A stretch of DNA of 63,236 nucleotides, counting the filler, from Octopus bimaculoides (Eukaryota): NCBI RefSeq assembly GCF_001194135.2. It is 3 parts of 3 records of this genome, joined end to end, with 100 filler letters (N's around TTAATTAATTAA, not from the genome) between each part and the next. Parts side by side here need not be neighbours in the genome. Positions count along the whole stretch, not along the records: positions 1 to 31,586 come from NC_068998.1; 2 more parts are not named here. The stretch is one strand, 5' to 3'. Both the position numbers and the translations under genes were made by a program. The notes below the pieces were generated by a model that was not told where the DNA came from, ran no database searches, and worked only from the letters and a program-made list of their open reading frames with translations. This document shows positions 1 through 11,599 of the stretch, one piece after another. Position 1 is the first letter of the stretch, and every line of letters begins with the position of its first letter.

Positions 1-1135
1 AGTTCCATTATCCAAGGAAACTGGTGTGTAGAAGTGGTAGAAATGCTTCCTGTCCGTGGTATGTAAATTCCAATAGGTGTTCATATTTTGTTATCACAAA
101 TGAAAAGTGGGGAGACGTAGATTCCATGTGCTGTTCATTCAAAGGGATCTTGTGGGGTGAATGAAACTTTAAGAATGTAGAGGTAGTATTAAGTGGATAG
201 CGAGGGGAGAAGAGATGTGTATGTTAAAATGAAGAGAGAGGTCAAAGAAGGAAAAGGTGAGAATAGAGGGAGAGAAAGAGGGAGAGAAAATGAAAACAAG
301 AGAAAATGAAAACAAGAGAAAATGAAAACAAGAGAAAATGAAAAAGTGTAAGGAAGTTAAAAATGAAAGAAGTGATAAAGGTAAAAAAAGGAGTGTAATG
401 TCTTTAGTTTTGGTGAGTAGGAGTAAGAGCAAAGTTTTTTGTGAATGGATGGATATGTCCTTAAGAGAGATGCCAAGGAAATGTTTATCCATTATATAAG
501 CGTTAGCTGTTATAAGTGCTTGTATTAGCAAGGAAGCAAAGGTATGAGAGGTATTGGTAGTATTCTTCCCTTCTGTTTTGTGGTTTACTACTCACTTTCG
601 ATAAACCCCCTATCATACCTTTTTTTGTACCCGTCCTTTAATGCCATTCTAACATATCATCTCACCTCACCTCACACATATTCATTACTTACATTCTTAT
701 CTCTTCCCTACTTCTCACCCATCCCCCTCATAATATCTTGTTCACCAACTCACACACCTTTTTTCTTACATTTTCTTCTTTTCTTTTTCACACTTCCTTA
801 CACTTTTTCATTTTCTCTTCCTCCTTCTTTCCTTCTATTCTCACTTTTACACACCAGTTTCCTTGGACAATGGAACTGCAACTATAATATGTTTATACGC
901 TTATAATTTTATTTCTACATTCATCCTCTTATTTCCCTATATACTCCTCATTTGCTTCCTTTGCCAACATAAATCCTTGTATTGAACTCTAATATTTCCC
1001 TCTATTTAACCAACTCACATCGTCTCTGATGAAGGGATATCCCTAATATCCCAGAAACAGCTGTAAGACTAACTTTCTCTTTATAAATGTCCTGAAAATA
1101 CCACGCAGCCTTGGCTTCGCTCTCATTTTATTTAA
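1..1135. mobile_element. Inverted (head-to-head) pair of Penelope-like non-coding fragments; the + arm ends in a hammerhead and a short tail before (CA)n(TA)n
   Basis: 1-36 is the reverse complement of 842-877 (CACTT[C/T]TACACACCAGTTTCCTTGGA[T/C]AATGGAACT). About 250-360 matches the reverse complement of about 790-850. The left half is purine-rich and the right half pyrimidine-rich. Hammerhead at 1022-1069. PLE assignment is inferred from the hammerhead-tail-microsatellite layout. Confidence 0.6.
1022..1069 (+). ncRNA. Minimal type I hammerhead ribozyme (PLE-type)
   Basis: Stem I GTCT/AGAC; core CTGATGA; A; stem II GGGATA-TCCCTAA-TATCCC; A; GAAA; palindromic stem III ACAGCTGT; cleavage triplet GUA. 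Confidence 0.8.
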
Positions 1136-1334
1136 CACACACACACACATATATATACATCTATATATATNNNNNNNNNNNNNNNNNNNNNNNNNNNNNN
1201 NNNNNNNNTATATATATATATATATTAGGTTATATCTTCATATTTTTTGTGTGTTCAGATTATTTACACTGTAAATTTGATATTCTATGTGCGAATTTAT
1301 TGGCCGCCTTCATGAACTGCTTAAAATGTTTATA

Positions 1335-2615
1335 GTTCTCCCGGCGACAACAGAGGGATTCAAGACAGGCCGCCCTGAGAGCTCCTCTATCCTGATTATC
1401 TTGCTCTTATAGCTGAACCACTACCAGAACTAGAGCAGAAGTTCCAGGTGTGGAAGCAAGGTCTAGAATCGAAAGGCCTTTGAGTTAACCTGGCAAAAGC
1501 CAAAATCTTAGTGAGTAGGAAGGCGGACAAATCCCTTCAGATAGATGGTCCTGCTCGATCTGTAGAAAAGGCATAGGTAGAAACTCCATAAGATGTACCC
1601 AGTGTAAGCTATGGACACATAAGAGGTGCAGCAATATCAAAGGAAGATAGTTTGTGTGTGGAAGGTACAATAAACACCAAAACTGTACAGAAATTAGATT
1701 CCATTACATACCAGGGAAGAAAACTAGAAGTAGTCGATAGCTTCCGTTACCTAGGTGACCAAGCCAGTAGCGGGAGTGGATGCGCTGAGAGCACAGCTGC
1801 TAGAATAAGAATAGGCTGAGCAAAGTTCAAAGAGCTCCCACTTCTGCTGGTAATAAAGGGCCTCTCGCTCAGATTGAAAGGCAGACTGTATGATGCCTGT
1901 GTGCGAACGGCCATTCTTCACAGCAGTGAAAATTGGTCCGTGACTGCTGAGGACATGCGTAGGCTTGTAAGAAATGAAGCTAGTATGCTCCGCTGCATGT
2001 GTAATGTCATTGTGCATGCACTGTGTAAGCGTCCTGGGAGAAAAGTTGGACATAAGAAGCATCAGCTGTGGTGTGCAAGAGATACGATTGCCCTGGTATG
2101 GTCATCTGTTACGTATGGATGAGGACAGTTGTGTGAAGAAATGTCGCACTCTAACGGTGGAGGGAACCTGTGGAAGAGGCAGACCCAGGAAGACATGAGT
2201 TGAGGTGGTGAAGCACGGTCTTCGAATATTGGGCCTCACAGAGACAATGACAAGCAACCGAGACCTTTCGAGATATGCTGTGCTTGAGAAGACCAGTGCG
2301 ATCGTAGTTGTGGCCGATCTGACTGGCACCCGTGCTGGTGTCAGGTAAAAAAAACACCGTTCGGGCGTTGGGTTTCATGAAAGCAGTGACAGGTAACCAA
2401 AACCCTTGGAGACATACCGTGCTTGTGAGACCGTAGTCGTGGCCGATGCTGGTATCAGATCAATGGCACCCGTGCCGGTGGCACGTAAAAAAACACCCAC
2501 TACACCCGGAGTGTATAGCGTTTGGAAGGGCATCCAGACGTAGAAATCTTGCCAAATCAGGTTGGTGCTTGGTGCAGCCTCCCCCGTCCAACCTATGCTA
2601 ACATGGAAAGTGGAA
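1335..2615 (+). mobile_element. 5'-truncated, decayed RTE-clade (RTE-X-like) LINE: RT C-terminus plus 3' UTR
   Basis: Broken frames read ...ELLYPDYLALIAE (YADD region)...WKQGLESKG...VNLAKAK, then a Cys/His insert (CSICRKG...CTQCKLWTHKRCS), then VVDSFRYLG, KGRLYDACVRTAILHSSENW, WYGHLLRM and GRGRPRKT. The 3' tail is homologous to 36918-37355. Confidence 0.9.
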
Positions 2616-2616
2616 A

Positions 2617-2646
2617 CACACACACACATACACACACACACACACG

Positions 2647-2710
<64 letters not shown>
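2617..2710. repeat. (CA)n microsatellite at the RTE 3' end
   Basis: Direct reading of the sequence. Confidence 0.95.
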
Positions 2711-2712
<2 letters not shown>

Positions 2713-3109
2713 GTAAATTTAATGCATATGTATATGAAATATAAAATAGTTTTATTTTCAGTGGGGGGTTGCTTTCCACATATTAAAATGAAAAATGTTT
2801 CGAACACAAGATCTGCAAAAGATAGCAACTTTAAAATCCACCTCTGTGAAGAAATAATGACATAGTTTATATTTTAGATGGGTTACGCCCGAGGGAAAAT
2901 GGTGGAATTGTCACAACTGAAATGCTTTTGATCATAGGTCCGCTTGATCAGGGATGACCTGAAGCTAAACAAAAATACTAACTGTTATATGAATATGATC
3001 AATCACTCGTAGTACAATTTAGCTGAAAGTTGCTAAGCAACATTAAAGAGAATCGACAGAAGATGTTTTCTCTGAGATAATTTCCAGAAATAAATGCTTT
3101 CATACATAG

Positions 3110-3325
3110 GTATAAGACCAAAATTTTGATTGGAATGACCGCAGTATATGACTGATGCAAAGGCGATTATAAGTGGCTGCTTTTACTTATTAGTATTGCA
3201 GACACGGAAGGAATGAAAGGCGAATTTGACCGCGGTGAGATTTGAACTCAGAATATTAAGAGCCTGGACAAATACCGAAATGTATTTTGCTCGACGCTCT
3301 AATGATTCTACACGTCTATCGCTTT
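3110..3325 (-). mobile_element. Old, diverged SINE family A copy
   Basis: Contains ATTTGAACTCAGAA (B-box reverse complement) and a GAATGAAAGGC core match to the younger copies. Confidence 0.6.
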
Positions 3326-4711
3326 AAAGAGAAATAAATAATGTAAAAGTAAATAATGATAATTTTTGTTTTGTTTTGCTTTTGTTCTGATTTTTGCATC
3401 AACAACCAAAAGTTTTTAAAAAATATTCTTCGTAAAGTATATGAGGACACTTGTCTAGTTCTGAGATATAATCCAATATAGAAAATAGATTAGACGTCGT
3501 AATTTTCGGTTAAAGTCTAATTGAAATTCTTTTGTTATTGTTGCGCCTGAATTAGTATTTTTTGTTATTCATTTATTTTCATTTTATTTTTCAGAATATT
3601 TTAAATGAAAACTATTTTCTGTTCGATGGGAATTTTTTTATATGACACAAATTCTACTTCGTAAACAAATAATAGTAATCTTTGAGAAACCATCACATGA
3701 CAATCTAAAGTCCTTTCCTGTTTTTGTGTATGTATTTATCGTTAATGTAAATTATTTCTTTAAAACCATAATTCTTTTTCTTCATAACTGTTTTTAATAA
3801 TTGCATCCTATTAATACTATTGTTTCTAAAAACATAAAGTATCAGCATTTACATGGTGAAAGACACTATACTAATAATTTTTAACATTACTATCAGATGA
3901 TCACAAATTATGGAGGAGGACACAGACGATTTAATTATCCCGACTAATTGAATACTGTTTATGTTATCCGACCCCGGATGGGTAATTGACAATGTTAACT
4001 ACAACGAAATTTCAAAATCTAGTCATCTTTAACAGAGGCACAAGTCCTGAAAGCTGAACGAGGGCTATAGTCGAATATGTCTACCCGAGTGGTTGACTGG
4101 CGCATTATTTTATCACTGGGATTTCATCATAGAATGAAAGGCTTTTCAGTTTGAAACCCTGCACAATTGTCATCATCAGGATTTGAACTCAGAACATAGA
4201 ATGTCGTAATTAAATAGTTTCTGAGTTACGTACATGTATGTATGTATGTATGTATGTATGTATACGTGTTCTTTGGGATTTAGTTTAATTTTTCCCTTTG
4301 CAGAATTCGAGCTGGTCACAAACAAAGTGGCAAATCTCTTTTGCTTAAATCATGTCGGCTCTTGGGTCTCTGATTATCAGGATTGGTTGATGTATGCATA
4401 TGTGTGTGCATTATGCATGTGTATACATGTGAATAAACTTGCAATAATGAAGCATACTAGTGTATGTATCATTACTATTTAAATATGTACATTCAAATAA
4501 ATTCCATATGCAAATGTGATTGTGAGCATATATCCGCTCAGGGACCTCAATGTTATTATGTCTTATAACTTTGAGTGTTTAAGTTAAGAGAGTTTAAGCT
4601 GGTCACTAACAAAACGATAGGACATTTTGAGTTAAAAAACGCCCAATGTTTGTAAATATGTGGTTGAGTTCGTGTGTTGATTGAACTGGTGATGCCCTCG
4701 CAGAAGTTTAT

Positions 4712-5290
4712 TCATCTGTTCATGTAAAGAATCTCAGATGGAAAATTTGGGAATGTCTTACAAATCTTCACTGTGCCACGAATAAATTGGAGCTGAAGAA
4801 TCTGCATCTTCTTATTTTGATCTTTCTCTGTGAAACCGAGTATTTCTAGATTTTTGTGTAAATTTGTAGGTACATAGCCTAATGCACCTATGATAATAGG
4901 TACAAATGAGAATTTATAGTCAGGTACAAGAGTTATAAGTTCCATAAATGTTGTCCTTTTCAATGAACTTTTGATGGTACGTCCACATCCGCTGGTCTGC
5001 TGATCTTTACAAAATTGCATGACTTCCGTTCCCTGTCCTACAGAACAATATCAGACCTATTATTTTTGCACCGAGTTGACACTTTTATTGGAGTGTTCCA
5101 CCAGTATTCCTTAATTTTAAAGGAGTGGGTAACTGTTGCTTCTTTTGATGTAGACACGAAGGCAATCGTTCCTGCTGATAGCATTATAAATAATCTTTGC
5201 AACTATATTATATCACATGACAGGTAGAACCTCATTTTGGGGCAGTTACTAATAATATGGATGATATCTTCCACACTGTGTTAGCAAAGC
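4712..5290 (-). mobile_element. 3' fragment of an RLE-type non-LTR retrotransposon (R4/Dong/NeSL-like): zinc knuckle plus restriction-like endonuclease
   Basis: The minus strand reads LC*HSVEDIIHIISNCPKM (CCHC knuckle), WNTPIKVSTRCKNNRSDIVL (NRPDIV-like) and LVPDYKFSFVPIIIGALG, all typical of the RLE C-terminus. Confidence 0.8.
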
Positions 5291-5299
5291 AAAAGATAC

Positions 5300-5330
<31 letters not shown>

Positions 5331-5714
5331 TGTATGTATGTATGCATGCATGTATGTGTGTGTATGTGTATGCACGTAAGCGGAAAGAGAAGCATGGGGA
5401 GGAATGATTTGGAGCGGCGTAAAAAATTTTGAGTTTGAAAGAGTTAAGAATGCTGAAATGAAAAGAAAATTTCGTAAAAATGAGATTAAAAGTAATAACG
5501 TTGCGAGGGATTCTCATTCTTTCTTTAAATGTTGTTCATGCCAAAAAGTATGTATTGTGCACACTGGTACGAGATCGCACCAGCGTATTCATATGGATGA
5601 GGCATACATAAGAACATGTGCATTTTCTTCGTTTTCTTTTTACTTTTTCCTTATTTATACCACGTGTAGTCTTTTTTCTTTGAAACCTATTTCTATTCTA
5701 TATATATATACATT

Positions 5715-5880
5715 GGCGCACGAGTGGCTGTATGGTAAGAAGCTTGCTTCCCAACGACATGATTCCGGGTTCAGTCTCACTGCATGCCACCTTGGGCAAG
5801 TGTCTTCTACTATATCCCCGGGTGAACCAAAGCCTTCTGAGTGGATTTAGTAGATGGAAACTGAAAGAAGCCCGTCGTAT

Positions 5881-5946
<66 letters not shown>

Positions 5947-6170
5947 GTGTGCATGTATTTATGCATGTGTTTGTGTGTCTGTGTTTGTTCCCCAGCATCG
6001 CTTTGACGACCGATGTTGATGTGATCACGTTCCCGTAACTTAGCGGTTCGGCAAAAAGACCGATAGATTAAGTACTAGGCTTACAAATGATAAGTCCTGG
6101 GGTTAATTTGTTCGACTAAAGGTGATTCTCTAGCATGGCTGCAGTCAAGTGACTGAAACAAGTAAAAGAA
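5715..6170 (+). mobile_element. Full SINE family B copy (tRNA head, internal microsatellite, 3' half)
   Basis: A-box TGGCTGTATGGTAAG, B-box GGTTCAGTCTC, internal (CA)/(TA)/(TATG) tract, tail GACTGAAACAAGTAAAAG. Confidence 0.85.
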
Positions 6171-6171
6171 T

Positions 6172-6211
<40 letters not shown>

Positions 6212-7442
6212 TACATATACACTCACACACATATATCGCTTCAAACTATGACAATAATAACAGAACTCACAGGCGACATTGTAACTATACTAATATAACC
6301 CAGTGACCCTCCAACCCAAGACATGACTTTACTCGGCACCGTAGACCCACCCTACATATGATTCGTTCCAAAACCGTACATCCCAACCTACACAAAGGAA
6401 TCCGTTCCAAAACCGTAGATCTCAAACCACACAAAGGAACAAAATTTACAACCATTACCAACAACAATCCAGACTTGAAAATGTTCAAAACTACTATAGA
6501 AGTCCAGACAATGGCAGGGAAAATGCCACTAGACATCGAGGTATCGGGGACAGAAGAATCTCTAGAAATCATTTTTTAGACCAAGGCAACAGATATCCAC
6601 GACACCAGAAGGTAAAAACCAACTTTGAAAAACCAAAAATAATTCACCTTTCAACCTTAAACCTTTCAACCCAACAAGTTAAAATCCTCTCAAAAGGACT
6701 GAAATTCACGCCAACACCACAGCACTCTAACTTCAACGAGATACATGACAATATTTCACACTTCTGTAGAATATTACGTCTACCAGAAGAATTATTTGAC
6801 AAAGAGAATAGCGATGAATCAACGGTACGGAATAAAAACAGCTACAACCCTACAAAGGGCAGGAGCAAAACTCTAGACAAAATTTAGTGATTACATATCA
6901 ACTTTCCCTTACAATGAACTACCACAACCTAAACTGAAATCCAATGCCAGTCGAAGGGATGGGAGATCATCCACAAGTTAAAAAGCAACAATTACATCGT
7001 AATTAAGGAAGCGGATAAGGGGAGTACTATTGTAATTATGGATACCAAAGCACTACAAAAATTCTGTATCTCACCTCTTACCAGATACAACCTACTATGA
7101 AAGAGTAGACAACTATCAACAGTCAAAAACGATGACCAAATTTAACACACTCATTTGTCAACATAAAAAAAACTTAAAGAGAAAGGAATGCGACTATTTA
7201 ACACATTTTGAAAGCAAAACCAGTAACCTCTACGATCTTCCGAAAATCCCCAAGAGCAAAATAATTAACGAAGCCTGTAAAAAGTCCATTTCAACTTGTG
7301 TCAATGTACCACTCGTTACTGACCTCAAACTGAGACCAACAACTGTGGCAAGCCCAAATTGTGACGCATACAGACTAAACAATCTATAGACATATAACTA
7401 AAACCAATTCTCAAACACATACCAAGTATTGTAAGAGATGGC

Positions 7443-7640
7443 GTTTATAGAAAACAAAAGACGAAGACAGGTGTATGAACAACAAGTAGGTGTATTAGTT
7501 TGACGCTCGCAAAAATGAAAAATGAAAAATGAAAAATGAAAAAGTCCTTTACGTTTCGAGCCTACGCTCTTCAACAGAAAGAAATAAGAGAAAAACAAAC
7601 AGAGAGTATATAAAAAAAACTGTAGATTTAGCGGTGAAGC
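7443..7640 (-). mobile_element. 198-bp hammerhead-containing mini-element inserted in the PLE RT with a 5-bp TSD
   Basis: ATGGC at 7438-7442 and at 7641-7645. Removing the insert restores AGA GAT GGC CTG GAT CTC (R-D-G-L-D-L). Homologous to 16442-16620 and 32469-32566. Confidence 0.8.
7545..7582 (-). ncRNA. Minimal type I hammerhead, one core substitution
   Basis: Minus strand: TCTTT-CTGTTGA-A-GAGC GTAG GCTC-GAAA-CG-TA-AAGGA. 5-bp stem I, palindromic ACGT stem III, A6>U. Confidence 0.65.
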
Positions 7641-8972
7641 ATGGCCTGGATCTCCTATACTACCTCCACAAACACGCCAACAGGACATTTTCATCGCCTC
7701 CTTTGATGTGATAAACCTCTACACTACGATTCCACCAATACGGACTGGAAGCAATAAGATTTTGGCTGGAAAAATGCCCCAGTGAGATCCCGGAAAGAAT
7801 AGAAAAAGATTTTATCATCGAGGGACTTTAGTTCATTTTTCAAGACAACGTTTTTAACTTTAATGATAACACTTGTAAACAGATATTGGGACTGTGATGG
7901 GTACAAAATTTGCCCCAACTTACGATAATGTATTTATGGCCAGCCTGGAAGTCTACATATATGAACAATCCAAATTAAAATATGGCCTAGATTTCTACAA
8001 GCACCTGTCAGAGAATTCCAAGCGCTACTTGGAGGATTGTCTCTAACTCAATAAATTCAAAAACCTAATCAACAGCATCGACAATCATACCTAACTCACA
8101 ATGGAATATAGTCAAGACAAACTCCCATTTCTAGGCATCTTGATCATAAAAAAGACACAAATATTGAAACTGATGTCCACTAAAAACCGACTGACTCTAA
8201 GAACTAAAGGAAATTCTACTCCAAAAACAGGACCCATCGTCATTAATTGATAATGGAATAGAACGGGCTAAGGCAACCGACATCCAAGATTTACGAAAAC
8301 CGAAAAACACTCAAAGTATGCTAAACAGTCTTCCATATCTATCATCACACAAACTAAGAAATACAGAGGCTTACACCATTATACACAAGAACTTCCCACT
8401 ACTGAGTCAAGACGCACGATTAAAAAACACTCGAAATCCACTACCAGAATCTGCAAGAGTACAGAGATAAAATGTATGGTGAAGAGAATAGGGCATGTTC
8501 AGACGGTCATACAGCACCACATAGATTTCTTCATTGCATTCGGGTGTGTATAGTTTGGCTCTCTGTTAAATGAACTATTGATATAACTGGATCAATAGAT
8601 CTACCAGTTAATCAATTAGTGACAATTCGTTCAATCGATGGCTTTTGTGCTATAGATCTGCTTTATCAGAGATGACTTGAAGTTGCACATTAGCACCAAT
8701 AATACTATGGAATAATTATAAATAATCTCTAATTTGATGTTACAAGAGACAACGCCCAGCATGAGAACCTATGAAAATCTGTACCAGAATTCGGATAATT
8801 TGACTGACATTTGACAAATGCACTAAAACTACTTTAAGAAGAGTGGATTGAATTAAACGAGAAACAGGGTTAAATCCGGCAAAGAATGAGAACCACCCAT
8901 ATTAGCAGTAACAAGTAGAAATGAAGGGTAAAATTGATAAAGATTTTTACAGAAAAGTTACACTAAAAAGAA

Positions 8973-9180
8973 ATATTGACTTCAAATTTTGGCACAAGGT
9001 CAGCAATTTCGAGGAAAGAAGCTAGTGGATTACATCGAACCCAGTGGATAACTAGTACTTATTTTATCGATCTCAAAAGGACGAAAGGCGAAGTTGACTG
9101 CTGTGGAATTTGAACTCAGAACGAAATTTTCATAAGTTTTTCGCCAGGCGTGCTAATGATTCTGCCAGCAGTCTGCCTTC
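8973..9180 (-). mobile_element. SINE family A copy
   Basis: Ends AATATTGACTTCAAATTTTGGCACAAGG (tail) and ATGATTCTGCCAGC...GCC (head reverse complement). Confidence 0.85.
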
Positions 9181-9197
9181 CTAAAAAGTAATGTTAG

Positions 9198-9388
9198 TTT
9201 CACATTTCGGGGGAGGGTAAATCGATTACATCGACCCCAGTGTTCAACTGGTACTTACTTTATCGACCCCGAAGAGATGAAAGGCATAGTTGACCACGAC
9301 GGAATTTGAACTCAGAACTTAGAGACGGACGAAATGCCGCTAAGCAATTTGTCCGGTGTGCCAACTATTCTGCCAGCACGCCGCCTTA
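9198..9388 (-). mobile_element. SINE family A copy with imperfect TSD
   Basis: Full head/core match. Flanked by CTAAAAAGTAATGTTA (9181) and CTAAAAAGTAACATTA (9389). Confidence 0.85.
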
Positions 9389-9497
9389 CTAAAAAGTAAC
9401 ATTAAAAACTAAACTCAAGACCATAAATAAAATAAGAGCTATAAATACCATATCTATTCCAGTTATAAACTACTGCTTCAATATAATTAAATTAGAA

Positions 9498-9557
9498 GAG
9501 CAGTGAGCTGGCAGAATCGTTAGGACGCCGGGCGAAATGCTTAGTGGTACTTCGTCT
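9498..9557 (+). mobile_element. SINE family A 5' head, truncated by the following element
   Basis: GCAGTGAGCTGGCAGAATCGTTAGGACGCCGGGCGAAATGCTTAG...TCGTCT. Confidence 0.85.
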
Positions 9558-9677
9558 CTGTGGAGTTATTGCGTCAGTTTATGTTGAAATATTTATCGAA
9601 TTGTTGCTATTGTTATTTGATTTGTATTGTTGTTAGAATTGTTGTTGTTGCTTTTTTTTTTGCCCCATTGTGGGAAA

Positions 9678-11139
9678 ATGGAGAAGATGCAAGAGGGAGG
9701 CCCAAGTTATGCGGCCGAAACGAGCAGAGGAGCAGACGTGCAAGAGTTGGAGGTCCACGAGATAAAAGTGGAGCCAAGAAGGATGAAGGAGAGTGAAAAA
9801 TTAATCACCAAGGAAAGTAATATTCTGAAGGTAACGCCACCTGAAGAATTATCGGCCAACGTGTTAAAAAGAACGGTAACATTTAAAACTATGAAGACAG
9901 CTACAAGAAAAATAGAGATTGCGTAGATAGAAGCCATAGAGGTGTGTATCAAGGAGTTGAAAAGAGTTACAACATACGTTACGAGAGGGAGGAGATACGC
10001 TACTGTGGAGGTACGCTTCACAACGAAGGAGGAAGCANNNNNNNNNNAAAAGAGTTACAACATACGTTACGAGAGGGAGGAGATACGCTACTGTGGAGGT
10101 ACGCTTCACAACGAAGGAGGAAGCAATAAAGCACTCCACAGAGGCAATAAGGTCAGAAGAATGGGTGCTCTTGCCTTCGTACTGCGGAAAACGTGTGGCC
10201 AAAGTGCGAGTGGGTAGGATGCCACCCGAATTAAAGGAAGAATGGCTGATGACAGCAGTAACATATAATATGAAGGATGGGAAGATTTTGAAGGCCACCA
10301 GGACCCAGAAAGTAAACTAATGGGGATACGGTATTGAATTGACAATACAAGAAACTACGGAGGATTTGAACAGTGTAGTGGATGAGATTGTGCTGCCAGA
10401 AGATGTAAGATTGAGAGTCAGTGTAGAGGGAAGGCCGCCGATATGTTTCACATGTGGAGAGAGGGGCCACATGAAGACGTGGTCCACCCAAAGAGAACAA
10501 CAAGCAGAATAGGTGGAGAGAAAGGAGAGTGTGGACCAGGTCATGGTAACAGAAAAAGAAAAAGAAACAGAGAATGGATTTACTATGGTTAAAAAGAAAA
10601 GAAGGAGGAGCAGAGAAATGAGTTCTCCACCAGAGAAGCAGAAAAAGAAGAGAGAAGAGGTGAGAAAAGAAACTGTGATGGAGATCAGTAAGAAGGAAGG
10701 ATAAAGGGAAAGTAAAAAGAAAGTGGAGTTACCAGTAACGATACCGGTTGTTCTAGTGGAGAAAGATTCGGAAATACAACTGCAGGAAGAAGAGTTGGGG
10801 AGATTGTTTAAGATAGAGGAAGGAAAAAGAGAACAAAAAGTACAAGATAAAGGCAAGAAGATACGAGGAAGAGATGTAGTGTGGCATTATGTGACATACC
10901 TAAAGAATGTTGAAACAGAAAAAAAGATAAATAAGTTTCATTCAATAGTAAGAGTGAAGATGCCTCCATACGTCTACGCAGAGGATATGAAGGCAATACT
11001 GATTGAAGAAGAGAACTACAGAAAGTTGAAAGAGATGTGTGGAGATAGCGTTGACCCACCAAGAGTGGAGGTAGAATTCAAAGAGTTGCCACCAGAAGTG
11101 AATCTGAGAGATATTGAACCACTGATAAAGTTCTACTGA
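9678..11139 (+). pseudogene. L1/Tx1-type ORF1 (gag-like, RRM-like region plus zinc knuckle), about 457 codons, with no ORF2 following
   Basis: After collapsing the 78-bp gap duplication, ORF-track pieces 9627, 9942, 10093, 10513 and 10723 share one frame with 4 nonsense codons and no frameshifts. EGRPPICFTCGERGHMKTWS is a CX2CX4HX4C knuckle with the last C changed to S (TCC). Confidence 0.7.
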
Positions 11140-11325
11140 AAGAGGAAAAAATGATGTATGTTAAATGATGTTATTTTTAGGAAAATAATGGTGATAAAGT
11201 AGGAAAAAAAAGAACAATTGTAGATAGTACATATAAGGGTTCAAATGGTACCGCATGGGAGTGAGGTCTGTGTGGCCATTTTCATTTTTTTCATTATTAT
11301 ATAATTTCAACCCATTTACATTCGT

Positions 11326-11590
11326 TTTATGTTTTTTGTCCCCACTGTGGTCTTGTCTGTCCTTGTGGTGTCCGCATCTGTGTTTAGGGCTTTATGCCTA
11401 ATAAAAAAATCGGTATTTCGTCTGCCGTTACGGTCTGAGTTCAAGTTCCGCCGAGGTCGACTTTGCTTTTCATCCTTTCGGGGTCGATTAAATAAGTACC
11501 AGTTATGCACTGGTGTCGATGTAATCCCTTTGTCTGTCCTTGTTTATCCCCTCTATGTTTATTCCCCTGTGGGCAATAAAGAAATAAATA
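11326..11590 (+). mobile_element. SINE family A, A2-tail subfamily (tail fragment followed by a head-less unit)
   Basis: CGGTATTTCGTCTGCCGTTACG...GAGTTCAAGTTCCGCCGAGGTCGACTTTGC...GGGCAATAAAGAAATA. Confidence 0.85.
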
Positions 11591-11599
11591 TAATTAAAT

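Larger units (their letters stand above)
6240..8455 (+). pseudogene. Penelope-like element reverse transcriptase pseudogene, 3'-truncated before the GIY-YIG domain
   Basis: Motifs IIHLSTLNLSTQQVKILSKGLKFTPTP, IVIKEADKGSTIVIMD, LKPILKHIPSIVRD|GLDLL, FDVINLYTTIP, GTVMGTKFAPTY and KRYLED. Many stops and frameshifts. In-frame 39-bp duplication at 6361-6438. Confidence 0.9.

Noticed and set aside
5715-5800. tRNA genes at SINE heads; CRISPR-like arrays among the dispersed repeats
   Set aside because: The heads have A/B boxes but no cloverleaf and run into SINE bodies. The repeats are 200-450-bp retroposons without regular repeat-spacer structure.
9960-10125. Perfect 78-bp tandem duplication inside ORF1
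   Set aside because: It is an exact repeat on both sides of a 10-N gap, which is typical of unmerged contig overlap. Collapsing it restores the frame.
9545-11423. Apparent 13-bp TSD (TGGTACTTCGTCT / CGGTATTTCGTCT) around the ORF1 element
   Set aside because: The right copy is preceded by a SINE-A2 tail, so it is better explained as a tandem SINE junction. It also has two mismatches.
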